In this document: one piece after another, positions 6,072-13,183 of the stretch
Numbering within the stretch: the stretch's first letter is position 1
How the letters are laid out: every line of letters starts with the position of its first letter
Origin: Candidatus Heimdallarchaeota archaeon
Lineage (GTDB): Archaea > Asgardarchaeota > Heimdallarchaeia > Heimdallarchaeales > Heimdallarchaeaceae
Length of the DNA: 16,277 nt
NCBI GenBank assembly: GCA_019057375.1
Contig: DXJF01000106.1
Location: forward strand, 1 to 16,277
Reading direction: 5' to 3'
Made by a program: the position numbers and the translations under genes
The notes under the pieces: model-generated
Told to the model about the DNA's origin: nothing
What the model saw: the letters and a program-made list of their open reading frames with translations, nothing else
Database searches by the model: none

Positions 6072-6977
6072 TTATTCATACATCTCTCTAATATATTCTT
6101 TTTCAAGAACTAATCTTACGTCTGGTATATTAGTGCTGAAACCATATTCTGTGATGAATCCAGAAATCAAATTAGCTGGTATTATTTCAAAATAAGGATT
6201 GTAAACTTTGACTTCCTTTGGTTTATCTTTTGCCCAAACCTCAGTAGATGGATAACTTTGTATGGTAAAGGGAATAGCTTTTAAGAGGAGTTTTAAGGTC
6301 GTACTCACGACATAAAAAGGAACTTTAGCTTGAAAAGCGAAAATAGCTAAAGCATGACAGCCTATTTTATTTACTACATTTCCATTAGGAAAAATAGTAT
6401 CTGCTCCTATAAGTACTAAATCAGGATTTAAAGCTTTAATTGCTCTTCCAACAGCTGCATCTACAAGGTAATTAACTTTATACCCTAGATTAACTACTTC
6501 TAAGGCTAATTTTTTGCCTTCTAGCGCAGGTCTTGATTCAAAAATTGTTAAAACTGGAAGTTTATCATTGTCGTGTGTTTCAGTAAATTTTTTGAGTGAA
6601 CTGAATATTGTACTTGATCTTGACATAGTCACGATATTTTTACACTGAGCGATTCTAGGAATTAGTTTCTCTATAAGCTGGTTTCTTTGTTCATCCAACT
6701 TCTCAATTACTCTATCAGCTAAATCCTCAACTGCTATACCATGTTGAAAGAAATCTATGAAATAAATCAGAACATTTCGAAGAGCAGACATTTCCTTTTT
6801 AATTTCTATAACCTTACGAAGCATTTCTGAAAGATTAATTATCTTACCATACCTAGCTGGATTTTTTTGAATCTCAGTTCTAATAAGCTGAATAGCTTTA
6901 CGAACAATTTCTTCAGATCCACTGATTTTATCAGCTTTCAAATTTGCAATTTGCTCTTGAAATTCTTTGGAATACAC
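6072..6977 (-). CDS. eIF-2B alpha/beta/delta family protein (MtnA/ribose-1,5-bisphosphate isomerase fold)
   Basis: 301 aa, GTG start. Motifs ESRPALEG, LVDAAVG, VLIGADTIFPNGNVVNKIG, VPFYVV and NPYFEIIPANLISGFITEYG. Confidence 0.88.
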   Translation of the reverse strand: MYSKEFQEQIANLKADKISGSEEIVRKAIQLIRTEIQKNPARYGKIINLSEMLRKVIEIKKEMSALRNVLIYFIDFFQHGIAVEDLADRVIEKLDEQRNQLIEKLIPRIAQCKNIVTMSRSSTIFSSLKKFTETHDNDKLPVLTIFESRPALEGKKLALEVVNLGYKVNYLVDAAVGRAIKALNPDLVLIGADTIFPNGNVVNKIGCHALAIFAFQAKVPFYVVSTTLKLLLKAIPFTIQSYPSTEVWAKDKPKEVKVYNPYFEIIPANLISGFITEYGFSTNIPDVRLVLEKEYIREMYE

Positions 6978-7036
6978 AAAGCTTCAGTTGGAAATGCCTT
7001 TAAAAAGTTGTTTCTATCCTTTTTAAAGAACAAAAA

Positions 7037-7771
7037 CTATAGACCAAAGAAATCTTTTTCCTCATCTATAATTTCAATGTATAAACTATCGTATTTGTGT
7101 GTAAGATGAATTATATTTTCAGGTAAAATTCTTTCCTTTGATTTTGTAAAGAATGTTCGTACTGTAGCTAGATCTTCTTCATCAATCATCATATCTTTCT
7201 GAATCCTAATGATAAGAAGAGGAATTTTTCTGTTTTCATCTAGAATGTCTTCTACATTTCTCCCAACTTCACGAACACATCCATTGTATTCTCTTTTCAT
7301 TTTTCTCGCACCATTTTCAACTAATCTCTCTAAGCCTTCAAATGATGCGGGAATTGCTTTCTCTAAGTTAAATCCAGTGACAATGAGATTGAAAGGAAAC
7401 AGAAGAGCAATCAAGATTGCAAAGAAATAGATTAATGGAACTGGAAGCTTGAATAAGAAATTTAGAAACCAATGTGGTGTCAAAATCCGAGCTGCTCCAA
7501 TAAGAACAGCGCCTTTGCAGTTTGTAAGTGCTTTTCTACTAAGAAGCTCAATAATATTGCAACCTCCCATACTATATCCAGCAATAATAAACGGTTTGTT
7601 TTCAGGGATTAAGGATTCTATCTCCTCTAGATGATCTTCTATTGAATATCGCTTATAGTTGGTTGTATGTGCAAAATTGTCTTTCCCATACCTTTCTTCA
7701 TAAGCAGGATAGGTTCTTTTATAATTACTAAAACCTGGAGCGAGAATCATGAATGGTTCTTTTTCAGACAT
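7037..7771 (-). CDS. Alpha/beta-fold hydrolase
   Basis: Nucleophile elbow AGYSMGG, an N-terminal LAPGFS oxyanion loop, and candidate Asp (KDMMID) and His (IIHLTH). I moved the start from 7858 to MSEKEP at 7771 because the longer start would leave only 5 nt before the divergent gene. Confidence 0.8.
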   Translation of the reverse strand: MSEKEPFMILAPGFSNYKRTYPAYEERYGKDNFAHTTNYKRYSIEDHLEEIESLIPENKPFIIAGYSMGGCNIIELLSRKALTNCKGAVLIGAARILTPHWFLNFLFKLPVPLIYFFAILIALLFPFNLIVTGFNLEKAIPASFEGLERLVENGARKMKREYNGCVREVGRNVEDILDENRKIPLLIIRIQKDMMIDEEDLATVRTFFTKSKERILPENIIHLTHKYDSLYIEIIDEEKDFFGL

Positions 7772-7863
7772 TGTATTTGCGTAAGTTAGGTAGGTTTTAA
7801 GTTTTTTTAAATTCTTGATGTTTTTAAAGTAAAATCTAAAAAGGTAATAAGATATCAAGACTT

Positions 7864-8772
7864 ATGGTAAATTTCCTCTTCGTAATATCTATACTCTCCG
7901 GATTGGTTTCTTTTGCATTGTATAATATAGGGTTTGTACTAGAGAAAAAAGCCATCAATAAGCTGCCTGAGGAAATTAAAAAATCTATGAAAACCTTGTT
8001 GAAATCAATTATAAGTAATAAACTGTGGTTGTTTGGATTATTACTTACTGTACTAAGTATGGGCTTTTATTATGTAGCACTTCTTTGGGCTCCTTTAAGC
8101 GCTGTAGCACCTTTATCGGGTTTTGGGATTATCATCTTGGTAATATATGCTCATCTAGATCTAAAGGAAACAGTAAAGAAAATAGAAGTGATTGGATTCT
8201 TCTTAATTCTTGGTGGAATCACAGTTTCTTCATATTTGACAAGCTTAGGGGATTCATCAATAACATGGGATCAATGGAAAATATTTTCACATTCATGGGG
8301 GAGTGCAATCATGATTATTGGTAGCCTTATTGTTGCAATTTCTTTTACTTTTGTTCCAGTTATCTTCAAAAGAAAGATTCAACCATTCGATATTGCAATT
8401 TTTGGTGGGATCATAGCTGGAATTCAAGCTATTATAATTAAAGGTATCACAATTTGGACAACAGAAAGCAATTGGAACACAAATCTGATTGTTGCAATTT
8501 TCTATGTTATTGGTTTCCTTATTACAGCTCTTCTATCAACAGGAAGTCTCCAATTTGCATTTAGGGAAGGTAAAGTTTCAAGTATAATGGCTATTTATAA
8601 TGGAGTAATGACGATATTTCCAATTTTCTTTGGAGGGATACTTCTAGGAGAATGGAGCTTACTTTCAACATTACAACGAACTTTTCTTGGTAGTTCTATT
8701 TGTATAACTTTAGTTGGAATAATAGTTCTAAGTTTTCGTCATTCTCATTCTTTTGATGAAACTAATCGATGA
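7864..8772 (+). CDS. DMT-superfamily transporter (EamA/NIPA-like)
   Basis: 302 aa with about 9-10 hydrophobic helices. VLEKKA, LWLFG, WAPLSAVAPL, LKETV and C-terminal AFREG..FGGILLGEW match DMT/NIPA patterns. Overlaps the convergent deaminase by 28 nt. Confidence 0.8.
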   Translation: MVNFLFVISILSGLVSFALYNIGFVLEKKAINKLPEEIKKSMKTLLKSIISNKLWLFGLLLTVLSMGFYYVALLWAPLSAVAPLSGFGIIILVIYAHLDLKETVKKIEVIGFFLILGGITVSSYLTSLGDSSITWDQWKIFSHSWGSAIMIIGSLIVAISFTFVPVIFKRKIQPFDIAIFGGIIAGIQAIIIKGITIWTTESNWNTNLIVAIFYVIGFLITALLSTGSLQFAFREGKVSSIMAIYNGVMTIFPIFFGGILLGEWSLLSTLQRTFLGSSICITLVGIIVLSFRHSHSFDETNR

Positions 8773-10100
8773 GTTATCTTTTCTATTTCATCTAGAGTAA
8801 TATCAATATCTCGATTGAGAAGTGTTGAATTTTCCAAAATTATTCTACCGTTACTTATGACATTGGTTACATCATTTCCTTTCATGGAATAAGCAAAATG
8901 ATTGAGAAGATATTTGTCATCAAAATTTGGCGTTAGATGAGGTTTCTTAAGATTGATTGTAACAATATCTGCAAAGGAATTCTTTTCTAAAGTTCCAATC
9001 CCTTCCCATCCTATAGCTTTAGCTCCACCAATAGTAGCTAATTTAAAAGCTTCTTCTGCCTTGATTAAAGTAGGATTATGATGAAGACCTTTATAATAAA
9101 CTGCTAGGAACCTAATAGTATCGAAAAGATCTAATGTATTATTGCTAGAAGGACCATCTGTTCCCAAACCTACTAATTCTGTTGACTTGATTATCTCTGG
9201 AATCGGGGGCATGTGATTTCCAAGTTTTGCATTGGAAAGCGGATTAAGCGATATTTTCGTTCTTTTATCTTTTAGTAAATTAATATCCTTGTTATTGACA
9301 TGGATACAATGTGCTGCAATTAGATTTTCATCTAGAATACCTATTTCATCTAGAAACTGAACAGGGGTTTTTACATCAGGAAAAGGAATTTCATATTTTT
9401 TATTGAACTTCTTGCTATCCTTCAGTTCAGTTTCTGATTCAGCGAGATGAGTGTGAATAAATACTTCAGGAATTTCTGCATTTTTAGTGTTATAGTCATT
9501 CTTGAACTGGTGAGCTGCTTTGAAATCTGAAATGTTAACTGTATACGGGGAGTGCAAGGCTAAGGATACTCTAATCGTTTCATCCATCGAATTGTGATGT
9601 TCCTTAACAATTTCTATAGCATCTGATAAAGTTGTTATTCCTGTGATAAGGGGAGCAGCTATCATTCCTTTCAATCCAATGTCACTGATTGCTTTTGCTT
9701 CGAATTCAGGATACCAGTACATTGAATTAACTGTAGTAACTCCACTGAGAATTGACTCCATACTCCCTAGAAGAGCTCCTTGATAAACGTCCTCCTCGGT
9801 AAGTTTAGCTTCCAAAGGCCAAATGTGATCTTCTAACCAAGTTCTTAATGGAATGTCATCTACTATTCCTCGAAATAAAGTCATTGCTAAGTGTGTATGA
9901 CTATTAATTAATCCCGGAATTATTAGGTGATTTTTATCCCCTATTAGATCATGTCCAGCAAGGTTATGTTTTGTTTTGTCATAGGAGCCTATTTCTATTA
10001 TTCTGTCCTCTTCTATAATCAGAAGTGGATTTTTAACGAATTTAAGATTAAACTCATTGTCAAAATAAACTGCTAATCTTCCTTCTACGGCAAGTTCCAT
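8745..10100 (-). CDS. mtaD: Amidohydrolase, 5'-methylthioadenosine/S-adenosylhomocysteine/5'-deoxyadenosine deaminase-like
   Basis: PGLINSHTHLAMTLFRG, WLEDHIWPLEAKL, ESILSGVTT, LHSPYT, HTHLAES, AAHCIH, NPLSNAKLG, GTDGPSSNNTLDLF, ATIGGAKA and ADIV. The exact substrate is not certain. Confidence 0.78.
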   Translation of the reverse strand: MELAVEGRLAVYFDNEFNLKFVKNPLLIIEEDRIIEIGSYDKTKHNLAGHDLIGDKNHLIIPGLINSHTHLAMTLFRGIVDDIPLRTWLEDHIWPLEAKLTEEDVYQGALLGSMESILSGVTTVNSMYWYPEFEAKAISDIGLKGMIAAPLITGITTLSDAIEIVKEHHNSMDETIRVSLALHSPYTVNISDFKAAHQFKNDYNTKNAEIPEVFIHTHLAESETELKDSKKFNKKYEIPFPDVKTPVQFLDEIGILDENLIAAHCIHVNNKDINLLKDKRTKISLNPLSNAKLGNHMPPIPEIIKSTELVGLGTDGPSSNNTLDLFDTIRFLAVYYKGLHHNPTLIKAEEAFKLATIGGAKAIGWEGIGTLEKNSFADIVTINLKKPHLTPNFDDKYLLNHFAYSMKGNDVTNVISNGRIILENSTLLNRDIDITLDEIEKITHRLVSSKE

Positions 10101-10161
10101 AAGAGTATAATAAATGAAAAATATTTGAGTGTTGTTCTATTTGGTAACAAATTCTCTTTGT

Positions 10162-10168
10162 AAAAAAA
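10162..10168 (-). terminator. Candidate archaeal oligo-T terminator after the radical SAM gene
   Basis: T7 tract on the minus strand starting 1 nt after the TAG at 10170-10172. Confidence 0.35.
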
Positions 10169-10169
10169 C

Positions 10170-11231
10170 CTAGGTCAAATATATCGGTTTGTAAGGGTAT
10201 ATTGGAATTAAATGGTTACATTTTGGGCATCTACTATTTTCTGTTAGGTTATTGAAAATAACAGAAAACACGTTCCTTTTTATCAGTAATTCTGAACAAT
10301 TTGGACAGTATGTGCTCTGGAAAGGATGACCAGGAATATTTCCCAAATAAACGAAATTTAATCCTTCATCTTTTGCAATGGTGTGAGCTTTTTGAAGTTG
10401 CGATATAGAAGTTTTAGGAATTTGAGTTAAGTGGGAAGGAAAGTATCTAATGAAATGTACAGGTGTATTAGCTGAGAGGTTTTTGATAACATTCTGGGAG
10501 AAATTTCTAATGAATTCTTCGTCATCATTTATTGTTGGGATGACTAAATAAACAAGTTCGATGTGAATACTTCTTTGATAAGCCATTTGGAGATTCTCCC
10601 AAACATATTTGAGTTTTATATCCAATAAGCAATCAACAACATTTTCTGTTCCTTTGAAACTTATAGTTAAACCATTCATACCTGCTGAAATGAGATAATC
10701 GAGAGCTTCTCCTGTCATATATCCATTAGAAACAAACATTTTGTAATAGTCATTAGGAAGCAATTGGAAAACATCCACAGCAAATTCAAGAGAAAGTGTT
10801 GGCTCGTTAAACGAGAAACAAACTCCATTTATGGAGGGATTAAAACTGGCATTTTCAACAATTTTTTCTGGAGTCATAAGACTTGCATCAGTAAATTTAT
10901 CCGGTCGAGGATTCTTAGAAATATCCCAATTAATACACCAATCACAATCAAAATTGCATCCCCAAGAACCTAAAGTTAAGGAGGTTGATCCAGGAAAATA
11001 ATGATAAGCTGGTTTTTTTTCGATAGGATTAAGACTATAACTGGAAACATCTCCGTACTGAATAGAGTAGAGTTTTCCTTCAAAATTTTGCCTTGTTTTA
11101 CATTTACCCATTTCTCCCTCTTTAATCACACACATTCTTCGGCATGTTAAACATTGAACAGTATCACCATTCATTCTCTTGAAAAGATATGACTGTTTAA
11201 TTCGAGGATCTTTAGTGTTCAATGTTTTCAT
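10170..11231 (-). CDS. amrS: AmmeMemoRadiSam system radical SAM enzyme
   Basis: N-terminal VQCLTCRRMC..GKCKTRQN; NPIEKKPAYHYFPGS; radical SAM motif GCNFDCDWCINWDIS; FSFNEPT; VSNGY; HFIRYFP; C-terminal YLGNIPG..TYCPNC..RCPKC. Confidence 0.88.
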   Translation of the reverse strand: MKTLNTKDPRIKQSYLFKRMNGDTVQCLTCRRMCVIKEGEMGKCKTRQNFEGKLYSIQYGDVSSYSLNPIEKKPAYHYFPGSTSLTLGSWGCNFDCDWCINWDISKNPRPDKFTDASLMTPEKIVENASFNPSINGVCFSFNEPTLSLEFAVDVFQLLPNDYYKMFVSNGYMTGEALDYLISAGMNGLTISFKGTENVVDCLLDIKLKYVWENLQMAYQRSIHIELVYLVIPTINDDEEFIRNFSQNVIKNLSANTPVHFIRYFPSHLTQIPKTSISQLQKAHTIAKDEGLNFVYLGNIPGHPFQSTYCPNCSELLIKRNVFSVIFNNLTENSRCPKCNHLIPIYPYKPIYLT

Positions 11232-11341
11232 CCTTTAAGTGAAACTGTATCTTATATATGTTTTGACACTTTTATCTTTGAAAATTAAAAAACTTAGAAA
11301 CATTTTTTATTATCGTTTCATATCATAATTTGATTTTACCT

Positions 11342-12001
11342 ATGGGTTATGTATTGATGAAAATACTTGAATCTGCTCCTTACCGATATGATAAAGGTGT
11401 TCGAATTCTTACTTTAGGTAAAATCGATAAAGCTTATGGTAGATTAACTCAGCAAGTAAAGAAAGGTGATAACGTTCTAGATATCGGCTGTGGAACTGGT
11501 ATGCTGACTCTACACGCACTAATAAAAGGAGCAAATGTAACTGGGATTGATATTAATCCTGAAATGCTAGAAATTGCTCGTATCAGAATTGAAAATAGTG
11601 ACTTTAAAGAAAATGTAAATCTTTTAGAAATGGGTGTGGCAGAACTAGATAATTTTGATGAGAATGAATTTGATGTAATTATGAGCGGTTTATGCTTTTC
11701 AGAATTAAGTAATGATGAATTGAATTATACTCTTAAATTTTGTAAAAAAATTCTCAAACACAATAGTGTGTTAATTATAGCTGATGAAGTAAAATCAAAT
11801 CTTTTCGTTTTTAGATTTCTGAATTTTCTAATAAGAATACCTTTAGTAATAGTCACTTATATCTTGACTCAAACTACTACCAAGGCTGTTAAGGGGTTAG
11901 AGGAGAAAGTGACTAGAGCTGGTTTTAAAATAGAATCAATAAGAAAAAATAAAATGAGAAATTTTATTGAATTAGTAGCAAGAAAAACCAAGGAGAATTA
12001 A
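11342..12001 (+). CDS. cpaM: Class I SAM-dependent methyltransferase, resembling the corrinoid protein-associated methyltransferase (CpaM) family
   Basis: SAM motif I VLDIGCGTG, TGIDINPEML, FDVIMSGLCFSEL and IIADE. The N-terminus YVLMKILESAPYRYDKGVRILTLG matches my recollection of CpaM-family proteins, and the gene sits directly upstream of an HgcAB-like gene. The ATG at 11342 is preferred over the TTG at 11330. The family name needs an HMM check. Confidence 0.72.
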   Translation: MGYVLMKILESAPYRYDKGVRILTLGKIDKAYGRLTQQVKKGDNVLDIGCGTGMLTLHALIKGANVTGIDINPEMLEIARIRIENSDFKENVNLLEMGVAELDNFDENEFDVIMSGLCFSELSNDELNYTLKFCKKILKHNSVLIIADEVKSNLFVFRFLNFLIRIPLVIVTYILTQTTTKAVKGLEEKVTRAGFKIESIRKNKMRNFIELVARKTKEN

Positions 12002-12002
12002 T

Positions 12003-13160
12003 ATGAGAGTAACTTACTTCTTCTATTATGTTTTCATAAATGTTGTTGAAACATTAATCCGTCTTTTTCCAGTTCCAGCAAAAACCGGGTATAGAAAAAT
12101 TGGTTCTCCCAACGAAGATTCTCCAGTGTTATTAACATGTAATTTCCACTTAACAATTCATAGATTGAAACGAGCTATAAGAGGTATTAACTGTCACTTA
12201 CTTATTGCAAACAGCAAAGGGATAAATGTCTGGTGTGCGGCAACAGGAGGTTTGTTAAATAATCATAGTGTTATCTCTGTAATTAAAACAAGTGGAATAG
12301 AAGAAAAGGTAAATCACAGAAAGATTATGCTTCCCCAGTTAGCTGCACCAGGAATCGAAGCTAAGGAAATTCAGAAGAAAACTAGTTGGAAAGTAATCTG
12401 GGGGCCAATTTATGCAAAAAGCATTCCAAGTTTCATAAAGAATAATTTTGTAAAATCAGAGATTATGCGTCAAGTAAAATTCCCAATCATCGAAAGAATC
12501 GAAATGGCAATAATGTGGTGGTTCTTTCTATCAGTGATTCAGTTTATTTTTTGGATTCCCTTTATTATTTGGAAACCATTCTTACTTGAAGAAGCTCTTT
12601 CTTTGTGTGTTCAGATTTTTGGAATATCGGTAATATCTTTTATTTTATTTCCATTATTTGAACCTCTTTTGAAGGTCAAGTACAAAGCAGATGTTAATTT
12701 TAATTTTAAACGGTTAATTGTGATTTTCATAATGATGCTCATAGCAGCTACAGGAGTAGTAATTTACACTTTTGTAATCAAAGACTATGCTAAATGGATG
12801 CTAATTCGTTGGAGCATTATTTCTTTCATTATGGTTATAATTATCAATATGGATTTGACTGGAACAACACCTGTTTTGAAGAGCGATTTACATGAAGAAC
12901 GATTATATCATGTAGTAATTGATAAAGAGAAATGCAGAGGAACAGGAATCTGTGTTGAGGTATGCCCTAGAAATTGTTTAGAAATGGATACAAAAACGAA
13001 CAAAGTTTCAGATCCAAGAGCTAAAGATTGTGTTCAGTGTGGTGCATGTATAGTTCAATGTCCTTTTGATGCCTTATTCTTTAGAAATAATCAAGATGAA
13101 ATAATTTCACCTGAAAACGTTAGAAAATATAAACTAAATCTCATGGGAAAAAGAGATTGA
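12003..13160 (+). CDS. HgcAB-like fusion: corrinoid-binding (CdhD/HgcA-type) domain, about 4-5 transmembrane helices and a dicluster ferredoxin
   Basis: PVLLTCNF, LLIANSKGINVWCAATGG (cap helix, Cys78), HRKIMLPQLAAPG and WGPIYA; hydrophobic helices at about aa 166-285; CRGTGICVEVCP (311-322) and CVQCGACIVQCP (343-354). Starts 1 nt after the methyltransferase stop, with AGGAG at 11991-11995. Confidence 0.9.
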   Translation: MRVTYFFYYVFINVVETLIRLFPVPAKTGYRKIGSPNEDSPVLLTCNFHLTIHRLKRAIRGINCHLLIANSKGINVWCAATGGLLNNHSVISVIKTSGIEEKVNHRKIMLPQLAAPGIEAKEIQKKTSWKVIWGPIYAKSIPSFIKNNFVKSEIMRQVKFPIIERIEMAIMWWFFLSVIQFIFWIPFIIWKPFLLEEALSLCVQIFGISVISFILFPLFEPLLKVKYKADVNFNFKRLIVIFIMMLIAATGVVIYTFVIKDYAKWMLIRWSIISFIMVIIINMDLTGTTPVLKSDLHEERLYHVVIDKEKCRGTGICVEVCPRNCLEMDTKTNKVSDPRAKDCVQCGACIVQCPFDALFFRNNQDEIISPENVRKYKLNLMGKRD

Positions 13161-13183
13161 ATACGCTAAGTAAATAGGTTCTT

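Noticed and set aside
12003-13160. Calling this a bona fide mercury methylation locus (hgcA/hgcB)
   Set aside because: It is a fused architecture, the cap helix lacks the GK of N(V/I)WCA(A/G)GK, there is no C-terminal Cys tail, and one cluster Cys is missing.
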